DNA of 63,956 nt, filler included, from Aduncisulcus paluster (lineage: Eukaryota): the NCBI GenBank assembly GCA_024181965.1. It is 7 parts of 7 records of this genome, joined end to end, with 100 filler letters (N's around TTAATTAATTAA, not from the genome) between each part and the next. Parts side by side here need not be neighbours in the genome. Positions count along the whole stretch, not along the records: positions 42,920 to 49,438 come from BQXS01011223.1; positions 49,539 to 56,758 come from BQXS01011226.1; positions 56,859 to 63,956 come from BQXS01011227.1; 4 more parts are not named here. One strand, written 5' to 3'. Of this stretch, positions 48,554 to 61,500 are shown piece by piece (within the stretch, counting starts at the first letter, position 1; every line of letters begins with the position of its first letter). The position numbers and the translations under genes were made by a program. The notes beneath the pieces are model-generated. The model ran no database searches and was not told where the DNA came from. It saw only the letters and a list, made by a program, of their open reading frames with translations.

Positions 48554-48769
48554 CTATTCCTCTTTTTTGGGAGGCGATCTCTTTTCCTCTTCTGGGAAAG
48601 GATAAGTAGCTCCAGTTGTGTATGTCTGTGGGGGAGCAGAATAAGAGCAAGTAGCTCGAGTTGGGCAGCAAATGGCGGCAAGATATCAACACTTGGAAAT
48701 ACAAAAGAAAAATCAATAATAAAACGATAAACAGAAAAAAATATCAATATAAAGAACGAATCATACCAT
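48554..48769 (-). CDS. Candidate 46-aa selenoprotein MCUYLAAICCPTRATCSYSAPPQTYTTGATYPFPEEEKRSPPKKEE (exon 1 ATG 48769-48767; intron 48766-48692; exon 2 48691-48554)
   Basis: ATG|GTATGA...T-rich...TTTCCAAG|TGT TGA TAT; in-frame TGA 48688-48686; TAG stop; SECIS ~40 nt downstream. Confidence 0.75.
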
Positions 48770-48948
48770 ATTGATTTATATAGTCTTCAAATTCACAAAA
48801 TCAAGGGAAGTGGATCTGATTGAAATTTTTTCTGTTTCCTGATGGGCCAATCTTAGCCACCAGATTTTATCCAAATTATCACATTTTTTTATATCATTCT
48901 ATTATTAAATGCGGATCAAAGAACATATTCTTGATGTTATTTTTTTTA

Positions 48949-49438
48949 TTATTCAAAGAAAGAAGCTTCAGATTCTTCCTCTTCATTTGTAAAGAATTGA
49001 AGTTTTGGAGCCTCAACCTCCATGGTTTTGTGTTCAATATCTTTCTCTCCTGTTTTCCACCTTTGTCTATATACTTGTTTATCCTCTTCATCTCCTTTCG
49101 CAATTCTATCTGCCAATTTAACAGCGAAAGGGGTGTCATCTTTCTCAATAATATCTTCAATAGTCCTTCTTTTCCCAGAATTATCAAGTTGAGAAGGTTC
49201 CTTATCTAAAAATAGACCCTTTTGTTCAATTTTTGTTTTCCCAACCATTACAACCCCTTGCGAGGATATTTTCATTCCTTTCTTCGCTTTCTTTGCAAGA
49301 CGTCGCATCTCTTGGATTTTTTTTGCTCTTTTTGTAAACTCATCCTCTCCTTCATCTTTCCCATTTTCTTTTTCTTTCTCATCATCTATATTTATCTCAA
49401 GAGATACCTCTTTTTCTCCCTTCCGAACAAGAATATCA
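48949..49438 (-). CDS. C-terminal fragment of a charged protein, possibly DEAD-box helicase DBP4/DDX10
   Basis: Open to the contig edge; KLADRIAKGDEEDKQVYRQRWK resembles the DDX10 tail (recalled, not aligned). Confidence 0.4.
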
Positions 49439-49539
49439 NNNNNNNNNNNNNNNNNNNNNNNNNNNNNNNNNNNNNNNNNNNNTTAATTAATTAANNNNNN
49501 NNNNNNNNNNNNNNNNNNNNNNNNNNNNNNNNNNNNNNA

Positions 49540-50079
49540 ATCTGTCCAAACTTGACGTCCTTTTTTTATTTGCACAATGTCCTGCCCGATGATCTCACAG
49601 AACTCGGTGGTGCCCTTGGTAGTTGCTCTTCACTCAACAGTCTATGTTTCTCTGGCTGTGAGTTTGGAGATGACAAAATTGAGAAGTTTGCCGAATCCTT
49701 CGCCTCCTCACGCTATCTTGCTCGAGGGGTTTCACTTTCTGTGATGTATTTTGCTGAGTGTTCTCTGACTGATGCTTCTCTTCCTTCCATTGAGAAACTG
49801 ATGTTGTGTGGCATCAGATCTTCTGTGTCCAAAGATACCTCTGAAGGTGTCTCTGAAGGTGTCTCTGAAGATATTGCTGATGATGTTTCTGAGATTGCAA
49901 GTCTCAGTCTGCGTTCCAACGTTTTGTCGATTGCTTCCGCGACCAGAATATGTTCCATCTGTTCCCCAAAGATGACCCGAGTCAACTTGTCCCAGAATAA
50001 GATTTATGGGTGTGCCGCAAGAAAGGTAAGGAAGATCTTCCACAAGAAGGGTTGTCCGAAAGATGGAATCGAGGTCTAA
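49540..50079 (+). CDS. RNI-like leucine-rich repeat protein, C-terminal fragment
   Basis: LNSLCFSGCEFGD, FAECSLTD, LSLRSNVL, VNLSQNKI. Confidence 0.75.
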   Translation: MCPNLTSFFYLHNVLPDDLTELGGALGSCSSLNSLCFSGCEFGDDKIEKFAESFASSRYLARGVSLSVMYFAECSLTDASLPSIEKLMLCGIRSSVSKDTSEGVSEGVSEDIADDVSEIASLSLRSNVLSIASATRICSICSPKMTRVNLSQNKIYGCAARKVRKIFHKKGCPKDGIEV

Positions 50080-51166
50080 ATTATTAATTACTGAATTATT
50101 AATTTATAGCGCTGTTTATGATTATTATTATTATTTACTCCAACCATTTCAAGTTTTATTATTATTTGTTTGTTAGTATCTATTTATAATGCTTTGCTTG
50201 CCACTGTTGTTGTTTTTTGTATTTTCTCTGTACTCCAATAATCCATGATATTTCGGATTTCGTTTAAATTATAAATACATCATTGAAATTATCATTAAAT
50301 TAACGTATTTTTTGAATCATGGATAACTGCAATTTTGGTCCAATTATTTATTTTTGCCTTCAAGGTGTGAACTTTACAGACTTATTTTTTGTCATGCGAT
50401 GACAAAATAATGTTGTCCCCGATTGTTGCTAGTATTCAAGCCATTTCGAGATTTTTTGACGGTTTTTACATATTAAATTTATTTATCTACACTATTTTCA
50501 CTGAATAAACGAGATATTTCGAAGAAAGGTTGTTTTGTCTGTGAATTCCAAACTCAATTGTTCAATAACAATCCAGTTTAATGCTCATTCTATGCCATTT
50601 TCATCAGGTATTTGTACTTCTTGTTACAAGAATCTTGTATTTAGCTGTATTTGCATAAACACAAACTAGGAAAAGAAGAAAAATAAAATTAAAGGGAATG
50701 AAAAGTAAGATACGATAAAGTGATATAGCTTAATCGAACATTAAGAGATATAAAGATGATCTTAAAAAGATCCAATGGATGTCTGGCAGACAACAAAACG
50801 AGACCATGCCATGGAATGGATATTTCTCAAGGAGTCGTAGATATTTACAGCTTAGAACTGCAACTTATCGTCATATTTTGTAACTTTAATGTCCAATATG
50901 CAAACAAAACTTGGGAGTTATGAAACCATCTTGTCAAAGCTTTGTGTATCAGGATGACATGCAATATATGGTCCAAAGGAAAAGTTGATATATATGTATA
51001 TATATTATACGATATCACTTTCCTATCTTATCAATCGGAGGTTGTGTATTTTGATTCAAATTTTTGAAGTCATATGTCATATCCTTTATTAAATGTGCAT
51101 GAAAACATATTTTAATTCTTGTTTTTGAATTAAACTCACTAGATTCCTGTTAAGTCCTTTATTCAA

Positions 51167-52287
51167 ATGTCGTTATCGTCAAAAATTCCAATCGTAGAAC
51201 CTGTGTTTATTCATGAAGGATTTAGAGATTGCTGTCCAATTCCCCGCGATATCTCCAATATTAAGAGTGCTGAGATACCAAGAATCAAAGCAATAGATGG
51301 AATCAAAAATCAATTTGAAGAAGGATACGATATGAGTTTAAATGCACAAAGGATGATGAAAGGAGATGGTAGTTATGGAAAATATTCTCGTATTTACATC
51401 CCATTTTCTTCATCTTCCACAATGAAGGGGGCTTATATCTGTATTGATGGTCATTCTCTTCCTCCTTCTTATCTAATTTTCACCTTCACTTCTTCCCGGG
51501 GTTATAAAACATCCAAGAAATACGAATTTCCTGGATTTGGTCGTTGTCATTGGTATTATCTTTCGATTTCTCTACCTGATGTTGTTCTGTGTGAGATTAC
51601 AGGGAAAGGAAGAGAGGAAGAACATTTACGCCATTTTAATATCCTTTCTCTCGTTTTCCTTCGGGAAGAAACTTCTCAAGAAATCATTTCTCGTGAAGTC
51701 AGAGAGAAACTATGGTCTGAAGCTCCAGTTGTGAAGCCAAAGTTTGTTAAGAAAGGAGATTGGATGTCCTCTGGTAGAAAATCCATTCCCATTCCACGAG
51801 ATGATCCAAAGATTATAAATCCTGCATTCTCTATGATTAAGTGCAAGGATGCTTCAAAGAGTAAGGAATCTACGCATTATGATTATCATAATATGATAAG
51901 AGTTCAGATGCTCAAAGAATGTTGAAAGGAGAATACTGTATCATCTCATCCCATATTTCCATTCCATTTTCATCACCTTATCCTGTGAAAGGTGCTTTTA
52001 TCTGCGTGGGAGAGCACATTAGTTCTCCTTCTCTTCTCTTCACTTTTATTCATTCTGATGGTATGAAAACATACAAGAAGTATGAATTCACCAAGATGGT
52101 CATTAAACATGAATTTGAATGGCTCTTCCTTCCTATTGATTTGGAGAATGTAATTTTATGTGAGATTGAAGGGAAAGGAACATGGAAAAAAAAAGAAAGT
52201 CAATGGTTCCGAATCGAATCTCTCGTTTTTACAATGCCAGAAGAAATTATTGTAGCTGAACGATTATCTCTATTTCCATGGAAATAA
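51167..52287 (+). pseudogene. Lineage-specific two-repeat family member frameshifted by a 14-nt insertion at 51878-51891
   Basis: Colinear with 17173-18460; removing TATGATTATCATAA restores STHYDKSSDAQRMLKGE. Confidence 0.78.
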
Positions 52288-53195
52288 GCAAGGATGGTAT
52301 TGGGAATTAAGGAAACTCGTGTATAAAAAAATGTGGTGAAGAAGCAGTGCAAACAAAATTCTATTTTCACCACTTGGATCGCTGACATTACTCACTGGAA
52401 AAGAAATACAAATTCAACATGTTCTCATACGTGATAGATTGGATTCTCACCCTCTCCTCACCGTCTCAACACCTGCTTGTTAGGATGCCATTGGATGAGG
52501 AAAGATCGTTGAGACAATCCATGTATGATCTGATTGAACGCAGGTGTAGAAGCCTTATCTGAACAAGACGCAAGTTGTTCGTTTGCAATGTATATGATAA
52601 GGAATAATGTCATACAGGAATGGAAAAATTTGATAAGAAAGAAGAAGAAGATACATGGGAATGCAGTAATGGGAGATTTCATGAGAATCTGATGATAAAG
52701 CATATTCTCTGCTATGAAAGCGAGATTACAACTGAAAATTCAAAATTTATCTGAAAAAAATGAGATTTCAAAAACACGGTTCTATTTTTAGAACATCTAT
52801 TTTTAGAAAATCAAAAAAATAATTCATGATATTGACCAATTATTTTCAACCAAATCCTGTATATTCTAATTTGTTTTTGGTTAATTTGGCCTCAATAAAC
52901 AAATCTTGTTGCTTTTCCAACAAAATCACAAACTTCATTCTATCAATGCCAATTCTAAACATTTCGAAAACATTTTTAAAATCCTAACTTCAAGAGAACA
53001 AAAGAGAAGAGCAAAATCTAAAAATAGATATTCTAAAAATAGATCAAAACAACAAATTCTAAAACGTATCATCAATTTATTAGGTTGTAGCTTGAACACT
53101 AGAATAAATACAACAATATTCTTGCATAAAACACCATTTCCAAAAGAGAAATTGGTTCGATATTTTTTGCTGTATTTTCCAGGCTTTTTGATTAC

Positions 53196-53268
53196 GCCTA
53201 CCTAGCTCAGTCGGTAGAGCGTTCGGCTCTTAACCGAACGGTCGTGGGTTCGAGCCCCACGGTGGGCG
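53196..53268 (+). tRNA. trnK: tRNA-Lys(CTT)
   Basis: GCCTACC/GGTGGGC acceptor, TAGCTCAGTCGGTAGAGC, TTCGG-CTCTTAA-CCGAA, GGTTCGAGCC. Confidence 0.97.
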
Positions 53269-53594
53269 ATTTTACGACTTGTTCACTCAACATGAGGGAA
53301 GTGAAGGATGAGAACTCAATAGATGCTTTTTCTACGAGCCTATGAGCTTGAGAATCTTTCATGCAAAGGATGATCTGCCCCATTGTTTCGAAACACCATA
53401 TATTTATAAGACATTCAACAACGTCAGACCCTTTAATTCTTCCACTTTAGACCTTAGGCGTCTTTCTCGTTAGGTTTAGATGTCGTGTATCACAATTTCT
53501 ATCACCGAAGAGTCAATATAAATGTTCAGGCCTTTTTTATTATTGAGGTCGTTATCGACAATTATTAACAAATATTGACATTGAAGCATTTCAA

Positions 53595-56500
53595 TTACAA
53601 AGCTGCTGATTTATCGAATAACATAATTTGTTTAAGTGAACTATTAAATGATGCATCAGCCATTTCGAAATGTTGTAAATTTCCATTATTCTTTTCATCA
53701 ATGAAAAATTGAACCAATAACCCAGCAGTAACCTCAACTCCAAGCCGAAAAGTAATGTTCATTACCCGTCCAGTGACTATTATTGATTTTATGGATCCAA
53801 CAGAAATAAATGTAGAAACTAATCTCCTCTGGAATATTCTTGCATGGAATGAAGATGGACAGAAACACCGAATATTGATTTCCTCTCTAAGAGCAAAATT
53901 AATAGCCTTTGGAGACTTAAAAAAGAGACATCTTCCACCAGAAAGAACAAACACTCGAAAATTTTCAAAAGAACTATCTTTCTTGGTATCAAACGGTAGG
54001 AAAGAGAATAATTGGCCCATTTGATATCCATTTTCTTCAGTAGGTTTGTGATATGAAACTTCAACATCTGGAAAACATGGAATTCGTGTCGATTGATGAG
54101 AAACGAATATGGTCTTCCCAAGTTTTCGTTCCGATTCTAAAATACTCCATAAAAATCTTTGTCTGGCCTGACTACAATAATCAAAACAATCAATAAGTAA
54201 CATCACCTTTTCTTTGTCTTTCCTTGAAATAAATCCCAAAATAACACAAACTGTGGCCAAATCGTCTTCCGAAAGCTCAGAAACTTTGGAATCCAAAGCA
54301 TATTTTGATAATTTGAATTGTTGACAAACACTCAACAAAACACTCTCACACATGTCGAATGATGAAAATCGAAAGGACAGAACATGAAGAAGATTATCTC
54401 GTAACGATATTTGAGGAATTAATGATTTCAGAGGTGAGAAACTAATTGTCGTATGGTCAATATTATCTTGAGTTGCAATAATACTCCCTGATACCTCCTG
54501 TTCTAACCCAGAACTATCATCATCGGAATTGTCTGAATGTCTTTCAAACTCACCACTCGAGCCTTCCCTCGAATTCAAGTAAAAGTTAATAAATATAGTT
54601 TTAAATGCTACCTTTATACCTGTTAAAAATGATTTCCAAAACGTTCCTCTTCTCTTACCTTCTTGATCCTTTTCCTTTCTTTCCTTTGCCGAAATTCCAT
54701 GGCCAACTTTGACTTGAGAATCAACAGAAGATGGAGAAATAATATCAGAGTCTGAACTATGCATTGAAGTTATTTCTGAGGGTTCTTTTGCAACCAATGA
54801 TTCCGATTCTAACGTTGATACAGGCGGATTCTTTGGATGGAAGAAAAACGATCCAAGAGTTGGTTTGAAGAATCCACCAATCGATAACAATAGTAACCCA
54901 GGAGAAATGGCCCCAATTACACTCACGATCTCTCCTTTATAAGCCCCAAAAGATATGTTATTGAGGAAAAACTTTGATTTTTGAGAATAATAATGATTTT
55001 GAATTGGAAGAATCAAGGATAAATTCTTCACTCCAAATGTAAGATTGACATTAGACAGATCGATATCAATTTCTCTTTGTTCTTTTCTCCTCAAAGTTTC
55101 ACTCAATTTTGAATAAATTCTGACTGACCATCTTGTGAGATCTTTTTTATCCTTAACACTCAGACTCTGGTCAAATTTCTTTTGTTTCTTCTTCCATTTC
55201 CGATAACTTCTTTTGATTGTATCTGTATTTATCGTGGAGCGACGCTTCTTTCTCTTTCGATCTGTCTGGAGCTTAAGTAAATGCCTTCCACTCAGATCAG
55301 GAAGCTCTATTTCCTCATTAGTTTCATCTTTCTCTTTCTTTGCAATAACAGGAAAAGGTCTCCTCTTTTTCCTGTGAATGATCACATCTTTTCTCTGGGA
55401 TTGTGAATGTGAAGAAATGGGAGGTTTTACAGCAATTGGAAATGAATCTGTATGATCAACTTCAGTCAGAGATGATCTCCCTTCTTCTTCTCCTTCTTCT
55501 CCTTCTTCTTCTCCTTCTCCTCCTCCTAATGATGATGATAACTGTTCACCCTTATAAACATCTTTGATATGTTGATCAGCCTGGGATTCCTTCGAGATAT
55601 TTTCTGGAGATATGAAATGTGAATAACGACCAACATTACGCTCTGATTTGCTTTTTTTCGAAAATATACCTTTCCAGAATGAGGTTTTGCTTGATTTTGG
55701 ATGATCTGATTCAACCCTATCTCGAATACTTATTCCCTTTTCTCCTTCCTCCTCCTCTTCTTCAGAACTTTGTGATAACGATTTCACTGAAGACAACGTG
55801 GAAATGGGAAGGTCTTCCACATCTCCTTCAATGCCATCTCCAGTAGATAATATCGGCCCTTCACGTTCAAGGTCTTCTCTTGGATGTAGATGACGCGATC
55901 CATGTTTTGATCTATTTTTAGAATTTCTATTTTTAGATTCCTCAGAGTCCTTTATATATTCGACATCAGTTTCATCAGAAGATTCGGAAAAGGTTGAGGA
56001 GGAAGAAAGAGAAGATCGAGATTTCAAACTCAACGAATCCAGTTCTCCTTTCTCCTCTCCTCCTTTCTCTTTCTTTCTCTTCCTTTGAGACTGCTTAGAG
56101 GTTTCTTCTTCGATCTCGGGCAAGGTGTCAATCTCTCGATCAATATAATCATTCACAATGTGGAGGTAATCCCTTGAGACAGACTCAGGTTTCAGAGCTT
56201 TATGTTGAAAGAGAGGATATTGAGACAATAAAAGAAATCCTAGGATATACAGAATCGAATAAACCAAAGATACCATTCGAAATGATCCAATGGAAGTAAA
56301 CTGCACCAAGCAAGAAGGATCATCCAATGAAATATCACGAGATACAGAATAAACCCAAGTATTCCCAAGGAAAATAGCTTGACAAGGGAAGAGAGAAAAA
56401 AGATGATAGGAAATCACACTGGGGAGAAGAAATGGAATAATAGAAACGAATGAAAGCAAAAATTCAGGGTAGGATAGATATTTGAAGGATAGAGGGATCA

Positions 56501-56758
56501 ATAATAGAGAAAAAATAGGTAAAAAAAAGGTGAAGAAGATGGAAGAAACAGAATAAGAGCAAGTGATAAATGGGATAAATATTGATAGAAATAGGGAAGA
56601 AAACAAGATATATGTGGATTGAATCATCGATATTTGAAAGATGGCCATTGCAGAAAAATGACCATATTGATGTGGAACGAGTCCACGACTTATAACAAAG
56701 ATAGTGAGAAAATTCTCAACAAAATAGATAAATATAATAACAATGGAAGAAATAAACA
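53595..56758 (-). CDS. ABC-transporter-like (ABCA-like) protein with a degenerate NBD (5'-partial)
   Basis: TM helices, then LNNISFGAYKGEIVSVIG, LSIGGFFKPTLG, SLRDNL, VSELSEDD, LLIDCFDYCSQARQRFLWSILE, GKTIFVSHQ. Confidence 0.7.
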
Positions 56759-56858
56759 NNNNNNNNNNNNNNNNNNNNNNNNNNNNNNNNNNNNNNNNNN
56801 NNTTAATTAATTAANNNNNNNNNNNNNNNNNNNNNNNNNNNNNNNNNNNNNNNNNNNN

Positions 56859-58126
56859 AACGGTGGAGAGCATCGTCACTCTCATCCGAATCCTCAAGAT
56901 CTTTGACACTTTCTCGAAGTCCTTCTTCTGCTTCTTCTGTTCCCATACGTTCTTGTTTTTTACCCACAATGTGCATCTGATCTGGATGTTTTTGTCCTCT
57001 GAAATGATGAGATGGTACAGAATGGTATTGCATAGGAGCATCTTGAGGGAGGGAGGTATTTGGAGGTGGAGATGTCAAAATTCCATACGAATGAGTGGAG
57101 AGCAGACGATCAACAGAATCACTATATCTGCGGATTGATGAAGGGTTTTGACAAAAGGAATATAATTTGTTCTTTTCTTGAACAGGACTTGAGCTTGCAA
57201 CGCCCATTTCTGGAGAGGGTTTGGAAGAATAATCTTTTTTGGGAAGTTTTTGGATCTCTTTTGGGAGAGTTTTTGGAGCAATATGATCATCATGAATATA
57301 GGTTGAGGATGTTTGGGGGTCTGGTTTGTCAGTAATAGGAAGAACTCTATGTTCAACTTCAGGGGAATCAACAACAACAGTATCAGGTACTTTCTCTGGA
57401 AATATAACGTCTTTTAGTGATTTGTTTGAATATATGGCCGCTCTTCCTGCCAATAAGACAAGGAAATCTCCGATATTTTCAAAATTGGCCACTGAAATGG
57501 TAACATATCCTCCATCTCTCAAGTGAATGATAATAGATGAAGGAAATGATCCATGAGAAAGGGAATGTATGTGTTCATATCGATAAAAATCATAAGAAGA
57601 TTCTTTGGGAAAGGAACCAGAGAGTATAATTTTTGCAATTGATAGAGAACAGATAAAAAGGCCAACGTCTGAAAATACAAGAATATTTCGATTAATATTG
57701 TCTGTTATAAGTTTAAATGCAATCATATCATTCACAATTTTTGTTGACTTAGAGGGAGGTAGATCTTTAGCTTTAGAAATTTCTGCCGAAAGACAATGAA
57801 GAATTTTATCTCTAAATTTAGAAGATAAAACTAAAATTTTCCCATTTATGAGATTGATTCGGAAAATATTCTCTGATTTCCGATCATATGAAAACTTTTG
57901 AATTTCTCTTAGAAGAACAGTATTTTTGATTATTTCTTCTCCTGGATCAATTATATATAACTTTTTGTTGGAAATTACCAATACTAAAATAAACTAATGT
58001 AAATAACTTGACATATACAATGAATTTAAAAAGTGATCAAGAAAACATACAATATGAATCAGCTGTATGGCTAGATTGCGAATGAATTCTGATTGGCCAA
58101 CTAAATATGGTCCAATAAGAATTCAT
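56859..58126 (-). CDS. Protein with PH-like N-terminal folds, two exons (58126-58051; 57983 to contig end)
   Basis: 67-nt GTATGT...TTTTAG intron (57984-58050) joins MNSYWTIFSWPIRIHSQSSHTADSY-L-LVISNKKLYII in frame; the PH-like fold is an inference. Confidence 0.7.
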
Positions 58127-58535
58127 TAATTTTGATAGCTTTCAGAAAATGACGTATTTCAATTGGCTCGTGAAATTCTTTAAATTTTTGATAATAAACA
58201 TATAAAAAATGAATAAAAGCATAATATTTTATTGTTGAAATTTTCCTATTACTTCTGCATTAAGTAAATCATGAGTTATTGGAATCGGTCAAAAATAAAA
58301 CAGATCTCGTTAGACCTCGAATATATAAATTGACGAGGGGATCAACACTGACAGAAGACACTAAATCAATGAATATATGACACAAAAGTAAAAACAAAGG
58401 GAATATCAGCATCGTTGATACCCTCAAATTTCTAGCCCGGGAGTTATTTTGTTTGCAGATTTCCTGATTTTCCAATGGCCGATCTGGACGACATCCAGGA
58501 TGAGGAGTGGAATGAGTATAATTTTAATATATTGG

Positions 58536-61500
58536 TTAAATCATATCAAATGGAACATCAGATACTATTATTGAATCTTTTTTCTTGTCTCCTTTTGATC
58601 TTCCTGATATTACCAACTGTTTTATCGATTTTGATCCATATGTCACCATTCCTTTCAGTTGTTTTGATGTGAAAGGGATATGTAACAATTGAACCTGTTC
58701 CAGACATTCAGAAGGACACATAACGATGCCAGAAGCCACATGACTATCAACACTCGGGCACATTGATATGGTGAGGGATCTGAGTTGAGTTTCACCAGGA
58801 ATCGGTGGATCTTGGAGCCTTTCTTGTGGCGCAATAAAGTCCGGAAAAGTCTCAAAGCCAGCTCGACGGTCAATACTTTTCAAAGTATCGCTGGCAGTCT
58901 TCTTATCAACAAATTTGAGAACCTTTTTGAACATTTCAATGCGGTTTGGCTTACCGACGTACATACAATAAGGAACATACTGGTTTGCTAAAAATAGCGT
59001 CACACCGATGCTGGTTATTCCAGACAACCGTTCAAGCCAGATATGAGTTAAAGTTTCGGATAATCCCAATTGGAATAACAAATCAAACAGTTCGTCTTTC
59101 AGGTCAAGACAAGATAACTTCAATCGTTTAAGATGTTGATGTTTAAACCCTGATGTCTTTGCAAGTTGACCACAGACACATTGCACTGATGATTGAGCTT
59201 GAATAAACAACCTTTCCTCTTGCTCCACGGCGGCTTCAGAATAGCTCTCAATATCTCTTGCCATGGAATGTTTCTTGTGCAGCGACATTGATTCTTCTCG
59301 TGAATCCGAATACATGATTTCATCCTCATCATCAAGGTCATCTTTGTCCTTGGTAGCAATGTGTCTTCTTTTACAGCTGTTTCGTCCAGGGAAAATGAAA
59401 TCATTCTCAATGGTATCATGAACATCGGTATCATATACAAAGCCTCCAGGATGATCGTTATCAAATGAGGGCTGGGCAGATTCTCTAGAAGAAGCGATAT
59501 AAGGGAGAATGACAGATGGATTCTCACTCGAATCTGACGACTCATTGGCATTTTGCACGGAATCGTCAGAATCGGGGACTGAACACAAGTCAGCCCTACG
59601 TCTTTCTTCTTCCTCCTCCTCTTCTTCACGTTTGATCTCTTGTATCTTTCTTGTCTCTTTCTCCCTCTCTTCTCGAACGATATCCTCAAGTTGGATCTCA
59701 TAGGGGTCAGGAGCCACACGAATAGCGGCTGCCAAAACGGTTATTTTCTTATCAACACTCAGTGTGGATGGATTCCCATCAAACTCATAGGCAGACTCAG
59801 TTGAACAGAATGCATCATAAGGTTGTGACGGAGACGATGGGGATTGAACACAAGTCCTTCCCATTCCTTTCCTCCGAGGATTGTATTGTCGTATCTCTTC
59901 GTCTTCGCTATCATCCTCATCATATCCATCTGAACTATGGCTGGACGAGGATGATCGAGAATGACGGAACTTTTTCCTATGGTCTTTCTTCCATTTCTTC
60001 ATATCTTCACTCTTTTTCCCAGTACGACGCGGTTCCTCCTCCTCTTCCTCTTCCTCCTCTTCTTCCTCCTCTTCTTCCTCTTCCTCTTCTTCTTCATCAC
60101 TTATTGAATGAATATAGGGTTGTTTTCCTTTTCCTTTTCCTTTTCCTTTCCCTTTTCCTTTCCCTTTTCCATATCCTTGGCCCCATAATCGCACATAACT
60201 TTTATCATCCTTTTCCACTGTAGTCTCCTCTTCTTGGTCAGATACCTCGATTGTGGAGGATATATCAGTGGACGTTGTCATGGGACGTTTACCAGATCCT
60301 GTCGATATAATCTTTCCTCTAAATCCCTTTGAGAAGTTATTGTGTCCATCTCCTTCTTCATGATTATGCACAGAAGATCCATCGTGTCCCCTCTCTTCTT
60401 CTCCTTTATCGCTTCCCAGGTCACCCTCCCCTCCGATTGAATGTGATCTGGCGTCTATTATGTTTCCTGCGAGCATGGTATCTTTCTTCTCCCTTGCAAG
60501 TGAATGTGGATCGATTACATGTAGGGGTGATTGTTGCTTGCTATGTTGAACTATAGGTACAGGCAGAGAGAGATACTCCTGACTCATGAGTGCGCTTTGT
60601 TGAGCAATGTCAAAGTCATCCACGCATCTGTTCTGAACAAGGGACATGTTGAACCACGTCTGAGGTTCAATGCTCGTTTGTTCAAGGGCATCCTTACATG
60701 ACAAGCCAGAGAGACTCAGAGACGAGAGGAAAGGACATGACACGAGGAAACAATAAATGAGGTCTATTCCGACATCGTTGCCAACAATACCTTCGATTGT
60801 CACAGAGGTCAGGGATGAGAATGCATGGGCAATTTGTTTAACGCAACTAACATTAACATAGAGGCGAGCAAAGGGCAGGACGAGATGATCCATATGTTTA
60901 AAAATAGTTTGGTGGTGACGAGAGAAATATCGGTTCGTTTGAGAAACAACCTTATTCGAGACGGATCTATTTTTAGATTTTAATATTTTTGGAACAGATT
61001 CAATTTCTTTCAGAACTGAAGAAGATGATGAATTTGCCGTTGAGTTAGGACTGAGATGTGAGTGTAATCCATCCNNNNNNNNNNNNNNNNNNNNTTTAAA
61101 AATAGTTTGGTGGTGACGAGAGAAATATCGGTTCGTTTGAGAAACAACCTTATTCGAGACGGATCTATTTTTAGATTTTAATATTTTTGGAACAGATTCA
61201 ATTTCTTTCAGAACTGAAGAAGATGATGAATTTGCCGTTGAGTTAGGACTGAGATGTGAGTGTAATCCATCCAAAGATTTCGATGATGGACGTGACGACT
61301 GTAATCCGAATGGTTTTGGCTGTGAAAAACCTGAGAAGTGAGAAGAAGGTGCATGAGATCCTAATAAACATTTGACTATATCATCAGTGGCAGATAGACC
61401 AGGGATACGAATACTAAGCTCTTTCATACAAGAACGAACACATAGAGAATTCCCAAAGTTTCTAAGATTGAGACCATCATCGACACACACAGAAAATGTC

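Noticed and set aside
48528-48747. ORF-track peptides 48528-48716 and 48550-48747
   Set aside because: Both begin at non-ATG codons inside the T-rich intron; the spliced third frame with ATG and SECIS explains the locus better
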